Made by a program: the position numbers and the translations under genes. The notes under the pieces are model-generated. The model worked only from the letters and a program-made list of their open reading frames with translations. It did no database searches and was not told the DNA's origin. A stretch of 64,000 bases of DNA from Thermoplasmatota archaeon (GTDB lineage Archaea; Thermoplasmatota; Penumbrarchaeia; Penumbrarchaeales; Penumbrarchaeaceae), in the NCBI GenBank assembly GCA_046483845.1, contig JAWOCK010000038.1, positions 355 through 64,354 of the forward strand, in the 5' to 3' direction. This document shows, piece by piece, positions 37,034-46,307 of the stretch. Numbering within the stretch: the stretch's first letter is position 1; the number at the start of each line of letters is the position of its first letter.

Positions 37034-39337
37034 ATGAAAGGCTGGGTGCTGGACATAGGTCCGGACCACAAGAGGGACCTCATGGACCTCTGGATAGTGG
37101 AGGAGAACGGCAAACGGACCATGCTCTCCCACTGGTACTATCCGTCCATAACAGTTTCCGGCAGTGTATCCGACCTCAAGGAGCTTGAGATCTTCCTCTC
37201 GGACAAGAAGGAGATCAAAAGCATCGAAAAGGGGGAAAAAAACCTGGACATCCTTGACAAACATCCCAGAAGATACCTGAAGCTCGAGCTCTCCCGCTAC
37301 AGGTCCACGACCGACCTCGCGCAGGAGATCGAAGCTTTCGGAAAGTACAAGCGCTACACCCTCTACGATGTCGATCTCAGGCTCCCCACCCGATACATGT
37401 ACGAGCACGGCCTCCACCCGCTCGCACACACGGAGATAACAGGGGAATACAGACTGCTCGGGGACCGGGACTGGAGCAGCGAACCGCTGCCACCGCTGAG
37501 AGCATCCGTCCTCCGCGTTGCGCCGGATCGGAAAGGGGCCGCGCCGAGGATGACCGATCCGATACGGTCGGTCCGTCTCGGAGAATGGTCCATGGAGCGG
37601 GAGCCGGAGGATGCCATGATCATCTCCCTGGTCCGGGAGATGAAGAAGAGGGACCCCGACATCGTTGCCACCTTCGGAGGCGACACCTTCGTGCTCCCCT
37701 ACCTCCACGAGAGGGCCAGGGTCAATGACATGCTCCCCGCATTGAAACTGAACAGGACCGACGATCCATTCAAAGCACCGTCCAGGTCCGGTCGATCGTA
37801 CTTCTCCTATGGCGTCGTCCGCTACAAAGCACCTTACCATCCCCTGAAGGGCAGGATCCACCTGGACCTGGAGAACTCGTTCCTCTTGAGGGAAGGCGGT
37901 CTCGTGGGTCTATCCACACTCTCCAAGATGTCAATGCTCCCGCTCCAGACCATGGCAAGGCTCTCTCCGGGCTCAGCCATATCCTACATGGAGATAGTGG
38001 AGGCCATGAGGAGAGGACACTCGGTGAGATGGAAGAAGAACGTTCCCGAAGGCTGGAAGTCCGCGGTGGAGCTTTCCAGATCGGACAGGGGAGGGCACAT
38101 CTTCGACCCCATGGTCGGGGCCTTCTCCGATGTGATGGAAATGGATTTCTCATCGTTCTATCCGCATATAATGTGGAAGAAGAACCTGTCCGTGGAGACA
38201 CTCGACTGCGGGTGCTGCCCCAACAGCCGGAACAGGGCACCCGGACTGGATTACCGCTTCTGCGAAAAGGAGCAGGGTTTGATCCCTTCCGTGGTTGGAG
38301 ACTTACTGAAAAAAAGGCTCGGCTACAAGAGAAGTTACAAGGAAGGAGCGGTGGTCGGCGCATTCGAGAGGGAGAGAGAACTCGGACCGCTGAGGCCCCC
38401 GGAAGGGCCTGGCAGGTTCCAGCAGGCCTCCAATACACTGAAGTGGGTACTGGTAACCTGCTTCGGCTATACCGGCTACAAGAACGCCAGGTTCGGAAGG
38501 ATAGAGGTGCATGAATCCATCACCGCATACGCCAGGGAGCTGATACTGAGGGCAAAGGACCTTGTGGAGAAGAACGGTTTCAGGCTGCTCCACGGAATAG
38601 TGGATTCCATGTGGATGACGGGCCCCAGGGAGAAGGCCGAAGAGGTCGCATCGGTCGCCGGGAAGGAGATAGGCATACCCATCGGGATAGATGCCGTGTA
38701 CAAATGGCTCGTTTTCCTGCCCAACAAGACAAACGGTGCGGGGGCCCTGAACCGCTACTACGGTCTCAAGGAGAGCGGCGAGATGAAGTTCAGGGGGATC
38801 GAGTGCAGGCAGAGGTCCACACCCACCTTCATAGCGAAGGCCCAGGAGGAGATGATAGGGGCGCTTTCAGGCGCAGAGAGCGCCGGGGAGATACAGGAAC
38901 ATCTCCCCGATGCCTTCGAGGTGATCAGAAGATGGGGCAGGATGCTACTGGACCGGGAGGTGGACCCCGGTGACCTGGCGATAACGATACGGGCCTCCAG
39001 GTCTCTGGACGAGTATACCACCAGGTCCGAGCACGTTTCGGCGATGAACCTGCTGAAGAGGGAAGGGGTGGACATCAAGGGAGGTCAGAAGGTCCGTTTC
39101 GTTGTTCTGGACCATAAAGCGAAGCATCACGAGAACAGGGTGGCGCTGATACGGGAGGACACGAACGACGCCAACTATGATGTTCAGAGATATCTCCGGC
39201 TCACCGCAAGGGCAATGGGGAGCGCCCTTGCGGTCTTCGGGATCGACGAGGACCACTGCCTGAAGATACTGAAGGGAGTGGAGCAAAAAGGGCTCGACGA
39301 GTACGGACAGGGTAGGGTTTTGGGAAAACATAGATAA
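37034..39337 (+). CDS. Family B DNA polymerase homolog with degenerate exonuclease and polymerase catalytic motifs; candidate inactivated PolB.
   Basis: The Exo I position reads WVLDIGPD (no DxE). An Exo II-like FGGDTFVLPYL is present. Motif A is DFSSFYPH. A motif B-like KWVLVTCFGYTGYKN is present. The motif C position reads LLHGIVDSMWM instead of YGDTDS. Confidence 0.7.
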   Translation: MKGWVLDIGPDHKRDLMDLWIVEENGKRTMLSHWYYPSITVSGSVSDLKELEIFLSDKKEIKSIEKGEKNLDILDKHPRRYLKLELSRYRSTTDLAQEIEAFGKYKRYTLYDVDLRLPTRYMYEHGLHPLAHTEITGEYRLLGDRDWSSEPLPPLRASVLRVAPDRKGAAPRMTDPIRSVRLGEWSMEREPEDAMIISLVREMKKRDPDIVATFGGDTFVLPYLHERARVNDMLPALKLNRTDDPFKAPSRSGRSYFSYGVVRYKAPYHPLKGRIHLDLENSFLLREGGLVGLSTLSKMSMLPLQTMARLSPGSAISYMEIVEAMRRGHSVRWKKNVPEGWKSAVELSRSDRGGHIFDPMVGAFSDVMEMDFSSFYPHIMWKKNLSVETLDCGCCPNSRNRAPGLDYRFCEKEQGLIPSVVGDLLKKRLGYKRSYKEGAVVGAFERERELGPLRPPEGPGRFQQASNTLKWVLVTCFGYTGYKNARFGRIEVHESITAYARELILRAKDLVEKNGFRLLHGIVDSMWMTGPREKAEEVASVAGKEIGIPIGIDAVYKWLVFLPNKTNGAGALNRYYGLKESGEMKFRGIECRQRSTPTFIAKAQEEMIGALSGAESAGEIQEHLPDAFEVIRRWGRMLLDREVDPGDLAITIRASRSLDEYTTRSEHVSAMNLLKREGVDIKGGQKVRFVVLDHKAKHHENRVALIREDTNDANYDVQRYLRLTARAMGSALAVFGIDEDHCLKILKGVEQKGLDEYGQGRVLGKHR

Positions 39338-39369
39338 GGACCGTATGGAATGTATGAGAAGGAGACACG

Positions 39370-39861
39370 ATGAGAACCCTTGTGGTCTACTACTCCCTTG
39401 AAGGGAACACGGAATGCATTGCCAAGGCGGTGGCCAGCAGGATCGATGCGGACATCGAAAGGCTGGAAACCAAGAAGAAGATAAAGGCGGACGAGTTCAT
39501 GAACTACTACTGGGGAGGCAAAAAGGACCGCCCCAGCAAGAAGGTTCCCCTGAAGGGACAGAGATATGACCCCAATGAATATGATCTGATCTTCATCGGG
39601 ACCCCCGTCTGGGCATGGGCTCCCGCTCCCCCGATCTACAGCTACATCACGGACAGAAATATCAGGGGAAGAAACATAGCTCTCTTCTCCTGCTCCGAGG
39701 GGGACCCGGGAAAGACCTGCAATAAATTGAAAAGATCACTTGAAGATAAGAACGATATCATTGCCATGAAGGATTTCGTTAACCCGGTGGAAAATGAAAC
39801 CTGCGACCTCGAAGCGGGCAAATGGGCAGAGAAGGTCCTTAAGCAAAAGCTTTCTAGTTAG
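39370..39861 (+). CDS. Flavodoxin-like fold protein (WrbA/FMN-reductase-like).
   Basis: MRTLVVYYSLEGNTECIAK, YDLIFIGTPVWAWAPAPP and RNIALFSCSEGDPGKT are present. Confidence 0.7.
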   Translation: MRTLVVYYSLEGNTECIAKAVASRIDADIERLETKKKIKADEFMNYYWGGKKDRPSKKVPLKGQRYDPNEYDLIFIGTPVWAWAPAPPIYSYITDRNIRGRNIALFSCSEGDPGKTCNKLKRSLEDKNDIIAMKDFVNPVENETCDLEAGKWAEKVLKQKLSS

Positions 39862-39870
39862 AGCCGCATT

Positions 39871-40377
39871 ATGTTCCGTATGAAGGTGCTTGTGGTCTAC
39901 TATTCACTCGACGGCAACACCGAATATATTGCAAAAAGGGTGGCAAGGACCTCCGGCGGGGACATCCAGAGATTGGAGCTGCAGAAGGAGCCACCTTCCA
40001 ACAAGCTGGGGAGGTTCATGTGGTGCGGATGGCACGCCATGTTGGGTGCCAAACCGTCTTTGAAGGAACTGACCAGGGACCCCGGCGAATATGATATGGT
40101 GTTCGTGGGCTCCCCGGTCTGGGCATATACGGTGGCGCCTCCCGTAGCATCCTTTCTTGAGAACACGGACCTGACCGATAAGAAGGTCGCCCTCTTTGCG
40201 ACCTGCAACGGAAATGAGGGGAGCACATTCGAGAAGATGAGATCGGCCAACAACGGAGGTCAGGTACTGGGCCACTGCTCCTTCATGAAGGTGCTCAAGG
40301 AGACACCGATGAGGAAGGCCGCCGAGGCCGTCAAATGGACCAAACACATAGTGGACACATATGACAAAGAGAATTAG
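39871..40377 (+). CDS. Flavodoxin-like fold protein, tandem paralog of the preceding gene.
   Basis: MKVLVVYYSLDGNTEYIAK, YDMVFVGSPVWAYTVAPP and KKVALFATCNGNEGST are present. Identity to the preceding ORF is about 40% by eye. Confidence 0.7.
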   Translation: MFRMKVLVVYYSLDGNTEYIAKRVARTSGGDIQRLELQKEPPSNKLGRFMWCGWHAMLGAKPSLKELTRDPGEYDMVFVGSPVWAYTVAPPVASFLENTDLTDKKVALFATCNGNEGSTFEKMRSANNGGQVLGHCSFMKVLKETPMRKAAEAVKWTKHIVDTYDKEN

Positions 40378-40397
40378 CATTGCTCAAGGGGGATCGA

Positions 40398-40967
40398 ATG
40401 GAGTTCGATGAGGTGGTCGAGAAGAGAATGTCCTACCGTGCCCTGCGGGAGGTTGAGATAACGGATGAAATGGTGGAGGAGATGATGAAAGCGGCATCCC
40501 TTTCACCATCCTGCAGCAACAAGCAGCCCTGGAGATTCATATTCGTGAGGGAAAAGAAACAACTGGAGGGGGTCTACGATTCTCTGAGCGGGGGCAACTT
40601 CTGGGCGAAGTGGGGCTCCATGATGATCGCTGTCGTTACCAAAAGCGATCTCGACTGCAATACTAATGATATGCATTACGCCCATTTCGATACCGGAATG
40701 GCAACAGCATTCCTTCTTCTCAAGGCCACTGACCTTCGCCTCGTGACACATCCAATGGCCGGATTCGACAAGGATGAAGCAAAGAAGGCATTGGATATCC
40801 CGAAGGATTGGGAACTGATAACATTGATAGCGGTTGGGAGCAAGAATGACGATCTCAGCGGCCTCAAGGACTGGCAGAAGGATGCCGAGAAGGTCAGGAA
40901 CAAGAGGAAGGAACTCCAGGAGATGGGGTTTTTGGAATCCTTCCAGATAGAAAAAGAGGAGCAATAA
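40398..40967 (+). CDS. Nitroreductase family protein.
   Basis: RMSYRALRE, SPSCSNKQPWRFIFV and ATDLRLVTHPMAGFD are present. An AGGGGGA sequence lies 6 nt upstream of ATG 40398. The ORF track's TTG 40380 start is less likely. Confidence 0.75.
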   Translation: MEFDEVVEKRMSYRALREVEITDEMVEEMMKAASLSPSCSNKQPWRFIFVREKKQLEGVYDSLSGGNFWAKWGSMMIAVVTKSDLDCNTNDMHYAHFDTGMATAFLLLKATDLRLVTHPMAGFDKDEAKKALDIPKDWELITLIAVGSKNDDLSGLKDWQKDAEKVRNKRKELQEMGFLESFQIEKEEQ

Positions 40968-40971
40968 TGAA

Positions 40972-41856
40972 ATGACAGGGGACCTTTTCGACCATTACAA
41001 AAGATGCGTGGATTTCATAAAAGGGGACCTTTCCAGATTTGGGTATCTGGGGGTCATGAACCTGCTGGTGATGTATATCTTCTTCTTCATGTACCAGTTC
41101 GTCGCCATTTTCATCAGTTTTTTCATTTTCATACCGATCATCATCCTGTCGATCGGATTCGTCCTCTTGATGGAGGGGGTGCTGGGCATTGTTATTGGGA
41201 TATTTTTGATAATACTGGGCGGGATCCTTCTACTTGCCATAATCGCACTTTTCATCGCCACGATCGTAATTATGTGGGCTGTCATTGGCGGATTGAACAT
41301 TTTCATCTCGGAGAAACTGCACTCCATGGGTGATGGTAAGAAGATCATACTTACGAAGCTGCTTAGAGAAGCCTACGACAGGAAAAAGGAACTTGCCGAA
41401 AAAGGAGTCAAATTGATGCTTGCCTATCTCCTGGTGTCCATGCCCGTTACGCTTTTCATCATTCTGCTCTCATTCGGCATGATGATGGTCATGTTCCTTG
41501 CTCTTCCAGCGATGGCCATGGATCCTTTTGTAGCAACCCCCGTTATCCTGATAATGATCCTCGTTTTTTCACTGATCGCGGTCTTGATCTATCCGGTTTT
41601 TTTCGTATTGATGTTCTTCCAGGACATGACAGCGATCCAGATGGCAGATGGAAAAGATGTCAAAGAAGCGGCCTGGACGAGCCTACGGACCATAAGGCGC
41701 AGCAAAAAAGGTGTATTACTCTACTGTCTGGGATTGTTCTTCATCATACTTGCAATGAACTTCCTGTTCCCGCTTGCCATTCTCGCCCAGGGATTCCTTA
41801 CCATTGTATCCAAATCATTCATAATGGCAAATCCAGAACTTTTCAATGAAGAGTGA
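40972..41856 (+). CDS. Polytopic membrane protein, hypothetical.
   Basis: Six to eight hydrophobic helices, for example FFMYQFVAIFISFFIFIPIIILSIGFVLLMEGVLGIVIGIFLIILGGILLLAIIALFIATIVIMWAVIGG. Confidence 0.5.
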   Translation: MTGDLFDHYKRCVDFIKGDLSRFGYLGVMNLLVMYIFFFMYQFVAIFISFFIFIPIIILSIGFVLLMEGVLGIVIGIFLIILGGILLLAIIALFIATIVIMWAVIGGLNIFISEKLHSMGDGKKIILTKLLREAYDRKKELAEKGVKLMLAYLLVSMPVTLFIILLSFGMMMVMFLALPAMAMDPFVATPVILIMILVFSLIAVLIYPVFFVLMFFQDMTAIQMADGKDVKEAAWTSLRTIRRSKKGVLLYCLGLFFIILAMNFLFPLAILAQGFLTIVSKSFIMANPELFNEE

Positions 41857-43038
41857 TCATCTGGATGCCTTTTCCAGGACCCTTGCCTTCGAAAGGAGCA
41901 TGTTGCCGTTGAAATTGCAGCTGCCGATCTTTATGAGTTCCTTGTTGATGAATATCCTGTTCTTCAGATAGACGTAGAACTTCCCGCCTTCTTCCATCAA
42001 TATGACCTTCTTTTTCAGGACATTGCCTTCAAGGTATCTCCTCGCACTTTCTTCATCGGATACGGATATTCCCTGCAAACCTATGGTCCTGCCATCTTCA
42101 AGTTCCAGCCTTAGACCATCATGGACATTGATAACCTTGAAGAGATCGGGGACAACATCATCCCCAGTATCCTTGAGCGGTTCTATATCCGGAATTCCCA
42201 AAACATAATCACTTTCCGGTATATCGAACGGTAATTCCCTTTTTTCAAGGTCCAATTCTAAACCTTCTTTTCCCATCTTTTTCTTTTGCAGTTCAATGAA
42301 ATCCCCGCTAATCTCGTAACCTATGCAGTTCCTTTCCAGTTTACCGGATGCCAGGGCAGTTGTTCCGCTGCCGAGGAATGGGTCCAGGACTGTCTCTCCC
42401 TTAAAGGTGTACATCTTTATCAACCTGGAAGGGAGCTCCTCCGGGAACATTGCCTCATGTCCTGATTGTCTTGTACCGCCGAAGTTCCAGTGGGAAAGGA
42501 AAAGCTCCTTCCACTCTTCCTTGGAGAGCTTTGAAGCCTCCTTCAGTTCCTTGTCGAACTTCTTTATCCTGCCAGGTTTCTTGAAGATGAGAATATACTC
42601 GTAATCGATCTCGACAATGCCGTTCGGAGGATATGGATAGGATCCCATTACCGCCGCTCCACCGGTGCTATTTATCGTTGTTTTTTTGTTCCAGATTATG
42701 GATCCCATGAAATCGAAGCCTATCTTTTCCATTTGAACTATTATCTCCGCATGCAGGGGAACTATCTTGTACCTTCCGTAGACCTTCGATCTCAGGAACT
42801 GATCCCCTATGTTGATGCAGGCTTTCCTTCCGGGTTCCAGAACCCTGAAGGTCTCCTTCCATACGGAGTACAGGTCCTTCAGGTATCCATGAAGTGATTG
42901 CCCGTATCCTATCTGTCCCCGGGCACCATAATCCTTGATATGCCAGTAGGGTGGGGATGTTACCATGAGCTGTATGGAGCTGTCCTCGATCTCCTTCATT
43001 GATCTTGAATCGCCCTGGATCACCCTGGAAAATGACAT
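41857..43038 (-). CDS. Beta-class DNA methyltransferase (SPPY motif IV before FxGxG motif I; N4-C or N6-A) with an ~140-aa C-terminal extension.
   Basis: Motif IV is LMVTSPPYWHIKDY and motif I is VLDPFLGSGTTALASG. The C-terminal extension contains GLRLELEDGRTIGLQGISVSDEES...KKKVILMEEGGKFYVYLKNRIFINKELIKIG, a possible SNase/OB-like fold. No adjacent restriction endonuclease was seen. Confidence 0.8.
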   Translation of the reverse strand: MSFSRVIQGDSRSMKEIEDSSIQLMVTSPPYWHIKDYGARGQIGYGQSLHGYLKDLYSVWKETFRVLEPGRKACINIGDQFLRSKVYGRYKIVPLHAEIIVQMEKIGFDFMGSIIWNKKTTINSTGGAAVMGSYPYPPNGIVEIDYEYILIFKKPGRIKKFDKELKEASKLSKEEWKELFLSHWNFGGTRQSGHEAMFPEELPSRLIKMYTFKGETVLDPFLGSGTTALASGKLERNCIGYEISGDFIELQKKKMGKEGLELDLEKRELPFDIPESDYVLGIPDIEPLKDTGDDVVPDLFKVINVHDGLRLELEDGRTIGLQGISVSDEESARRYLEGNVLKKKVILMEEGGKFYVYLKNRIFINKELIKIGSCNFNGNMLLSKARVLEKASR

Positions 43039-43047
43039 AGGTCTTCT

Positions 43048-44178
43048 TTGAACGCCGCATCGCTAGATAATCCTATCGATTACAAAGAAAGACTGATAGA
43101 TTTGAATATCCATGACCCTGCAATGGGGAGTTCAACAACCAGCCAATCAACGGCACTTCTTTCGTTTCCTTTACTGCTGTTATTGATGACCGTTGGATGG
43201 CTGTATATGAGAAAGGGGATGAGGTTTGGTTCGTTCGGATGGGGCGACTGGCTGCTCTTTTTTTCAACCCTGGTTATTGTCCCGGTTCTTATGTACATCT
43301 GCTCGAGAAAGGACAGGTTTGGATGGACGGATGTAATGCTTTTCGATCTTTTTGCGGGTGTGTACTTTCCAATATTTATACTAAATGCACTTGAAGGACT
43401 GAACGAACTGGTCCGGGAAAACGGGGATCCTGCAGTATTCGGAACTTCGGAACTTATCATGCTGACAGGACTTGCATTCATACCGACCATCCTATCCGTA
43501 TCTTTAATAATGTTCTTTGCCGAAAGGGACCCCGTCTTCAAAGATGGCAAGCTCTTCCTTCCCATCTCCTTCTGGGAAGAGAAGATGAAGGACGAAGAGA
43601 GAATGATATATCCTCAGGATATTAGAGGGATCTATCCAAGGTGGATGGCCTTTCCTGAAAAGAGTAAATGGCCTAAACAACCCGAGTATCATGCAAAAGG
43701 GATATTCGGATACGGGATCCGTATCAAAGATGGCAGGAGATTTGGCTATTCCCTCTTCTCGAGAGCGGTCCTTAAGAAGGACCTTCTGGAATTTCTGGGT
43801 GAAAAGGAGTTTAAAAGGATCAGGAAGGACCATGCTGTGCTAACCGATGAGGAATGGCGGTATCTGAAACGAAGGGGGTCCCACTGGTATACAAACCTGG
43901 ATTCGCCTCTCCTGCATTTCATCTTGTTCAATGTCGCTGTTCTCTTCATCACGATGGGAATAGTGACAATGATGCAGGATTCAATTCTAATGCCCCCCCT
44001 TTTGATCTTCATTCTTGCAGGTACATTCTTCCCCTCAATGATCCTTTTTCTGAGGGGCATGGAGGATCACAACTTTTACAAAGGGACCATATTCAGGATG
44101 AAGGATAGAGAGGAAAAACTTCCCGATTGGCTGATCATCAGGTCAAACCAGCTTTCCACTGATAAAGATAATAGATGA
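43048..44178 (+). CDS. Membrane protein, hypothetical.
   Basis: Several TM helices, a central soluble loop with KDEERMIYPQDIRGIYPRWMAFPEK, and C-terminal TM helices. Confidence 0.45.
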   Translation: MNAASLDNPIDYKERLIDLNIHDPAMGSSTTSQSTALLSFPLLLLLMTVGWLYMRKGMRFGSFGWGDWLLFFSTLVIVPVLMYICSRKDRFGWTDVMLFDLFAGVYFPIFILNALEGLNELVRENGDPAVFGTSELIMLTGLAFIPTILSVSLIMFFAERDPVFKDGKLFLPISFWEEKMKDEERMIYPQDIRGIYPRWMAFPEKSKWPKQPEYHAKGIFGYGIRIKDGRRFGYSLFSRAVLKKDLLEFLGEKEFKRIRKDHAVLTDEEWRYLKRRGSHWYTNLDSPLLHFILFNVAVLFITMGIVTMMQDSILMPPLLIFILAGTFFPSMILFLRGMEDHNFYKGTIFRMKDREEKLPDWLIIRSNQLSTDKDNR

Positions 44179-44820
44179 TCATTTTGAGATGACGCGTGGT
44201 CTTGTTAGAAGGTAGGAGATCGGACCCAGAAGAGGCACCAGTGCATAGACCCAGAATATCTTTCTTCCTCCCCAGCCCCTGCGCCGCATATCATCCCGCA
44301 TGAAGAAGGGGGACAGAATAGTTAGCGCAAGAAGATCTAGAGTCATTATATGGACCAGGGAGCTGCTCGAGAAGAGATCGAGATATTCAGATGGATCCCC
44401 CATACCTATTCCATAGGCGAGCAGCAAAACCGCAGCTATCTTTAGAAAAAGAGCATAGATGCGGGAATCAAGGATACGAAGCAGTATACCGGAATCCCTG
44501 GTCCGGTCCCTCATGGGTCTCCTTAGACCAGCATACAGAAGGAGGGAAAATGCTCCGCTGAAAAATGATGCGATCACAAAGGGCCAGGAAGGCAGCTTTC
44601 CCTTATTGTCCTCAAAAAGCAGCACCCCAGCGTAGACCATGGGCCAGATGCCCATTATGTTGAATACCATGAAGAGCAAGGGCTCCATACCAAAAGGGTC
44701 CGTGATGACATCCCCGGCAAGTTCCATGGACCCTTGGAGATCCCCTGGAGCAAATAGGATAGAATAAAGCAGAAGTGCAGCCCATACTATCAGGAAGAGC
44801 CTGTTCCATCTCCAGACCAT
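44179..44820 (-). CDS. Membrane protein, hypothetical.
   Basis: About 6 TM helices in 213 aa. No motif was recognised. Confidence 0.45.
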   Translation of the reverse strand: MVWRWNRLFLIVWAALLLYSILFAPGDLQGSMELAGDVITDPFGMEPLLFMVFNIMGIWPMVYAGVLLFEDNKGKLPSWPFVIASFFSGAFSLLLYAGLRRPMRDRTRDSGILLRILDSRIYALFLKIAAVLLLAYGIGMGDPSEYLDLFSSSSLVHIMTLDLLALTILSPFFMRDDMRRRGWGGRKIFWVYALVPLLGPISYLLTRPRVISK

Positions 44821-44873
44821 GATGTCAAATGCACTTACTGCTTATTGAATTGTCACCTGAACTATCAGGCAGG

Positions 44874-45062
44874 TCACCTGGATGTCTTCAAATAGTTCTC
44901 AACGGACCTGTCGTAGGTGGCCTCGGCCTCCTTGGTGAAATAGCACCCGGGAAGCTCTCCCCTGCTCCTGTGGTAGGCAACGCATTCACAGCATTTTCCC
45001 TTCCTTGAGCATGGATACGTGCAGTTGCACCTTTGAAGATTGGCCTCTATGTTGCATTCCAT
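44874..45062 (-). CDS. Small Cys-rich protein of 62 aa; putative metal-binding.
   Basis: The product starts [42 protein letters not shown]. It has 9 Cys. Confidence 0.4.
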   Translation of the reverse strand: MECNIEANLQRCNCTYPCSRKGKCCECVAYHRSRGELPGCYFTKEAEATYDRSVENYLKTSR

Positions 45063-45130
45063 GGACCACCACAGGAGGTCAATGTAGAAAAGGATTAAGG
45101 AAGCGTCCCACCATTACAGTAAAAAAGGTG

Positions 45131-45640
45131 ATGATCTTGAATGACCCCGTTCTTTCCAGAAGGAGCATAAGGAGTTACAAGGACAGAGAAATAGACAAGG
45201 AGGCCATGGAATACATCCTGACCGCAGGGGACGCTGCGGCATGTGCGAGGGGAAAGAGGTCCTGGCATTTCATCGTCATACAGGACAGGGAGCTGCTGGA
45301 CAGGATCCCCTTGTTCCATCCATATTCTAAAATGATAAGGGAAGCTCCGGCAGCCGTTCTCGTGTGTGCCCTCCCGTCCGTGGAGTCAGATGAGGGTTAC
45401 CGGGTCCAAAACTGCTCGGCGGCAACCCAGAACATGCTGATAGCTGCCAACTTGAAGGGGATCGGCTCGGTCTGGCTCGGGGTGTATCCCAACAGTGAGA
45501 GGATGGAAGGCATGAAGGAACTGCTTGGACTCTCCGATGAGAAGGTGCCATTCTCCCTGATAGTCCTGGGACACCCCAACGAGGAAAAGAGCCCCTACAC
45601 CCACTACGATCCGAAAAGGGTCTCCTTCGTGGGACCATAG
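45131..45640 (+). CDS. Nitroreductase family protein.
   Basis: LSRRSIRSY, RSWHFIVIQD and NCSAATQNMLIAANLKGIGSVWLGVYP are present. The start at 45131 is preceded by AAGGTG. Confidence 0.75.
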   Translation: MILNDPVLSRRSIRSYKDREIDKEAMEYILTAGDAAACARGKRSWHFIVIQDRELLDRIPLFHPYSKMIREAPAAVLVCALPSVESDEGYRVQNCSAATQNMLIAANLKGIGSVWLGVYPNSERMEGMKELLGLSDEKVPFSLIVLGHPNEEKSPYTHYDPKRVSFVGP

Positions 45641-45692
45641 GGGACCCGTTGAATTGGAATAATTATTTTAGTATGTATCAGGTTCGACCACC

Positions 45693-46214
45693 ATGTCCAG
45701 GAAGAGGACCATAGCGGTCATTGGCAAGGGTACCCTCAGCAGGGACGACCCCCTTTACCAAACTGCCTTCGAGATAGGAAAGGCCGTCATAGATCATGGG
45801 TTCAGGTTGATCACGGGCGGCCTGGGTGGTGTCATGGAGGCGGCCTCCAAGGGAGCCAGGTCATCAAAGAGATGGAGGGACGGTGATATCATCGGAATAC
45901 TTCCGGGGGGATCGGCGGAGGATGCGAACCAGTATGTCGATGTGCCGATACCTACCGGTCTGGGGATAGCGAGGAACACCATGGTGACGAACGCTGACGG
46001 GATAATCGCGGTGGGAGGGGGTGCGGGCACGCTTTCCGAGATCGCCTTTTCCTGGCAGAAGGGAAAGCCCATCGTATCCCTCAGGGTACCGGGCTGGAGC
46101 GGAGAGCTTTCGGACCGTGCTGTTGATGATCGACATCCCGAGCGCATAATCCGGGGGGTCGATGGTGCAGAGGAGGCCGTGAAGGAATTATCGAGATCCA
46201 TGAGAGATCGATAA
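45693..46214 (+). CDS. TIGR00725/LOG-like Rossmann-fold (SLOG) protein.
   Basis: RTIAVIGKGTLS...ITGGLGGVMEAASKGA...IIAVGGGAGTLSEIAF are present. Confidence 0.65.
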   Translation: MSRKRTIAVIGKGTLSRDDPLYQTAFEIGKAVIDHGFRLITGGLGGVMEAASKGARSSKRWRDGDIIGILPGGSAEDANQYVDVPIPTGLGIARNTMVTNADGIIAVGGGAGTLSEIAFSWQKGKPIVSLRVPGWSGELSDRAVDDRHPERIIRGVDGAEEAVKELSRSMRDR

Positions 46215-46307
46215 GAGAGGTCTTCCGGTTACAATAGGCCGTGGTGTTCCGAACCGGGTCCTGCTAATCTTAAGTATAAGTGGCACCTTGTAACATCAGG
46301 GAACTCG

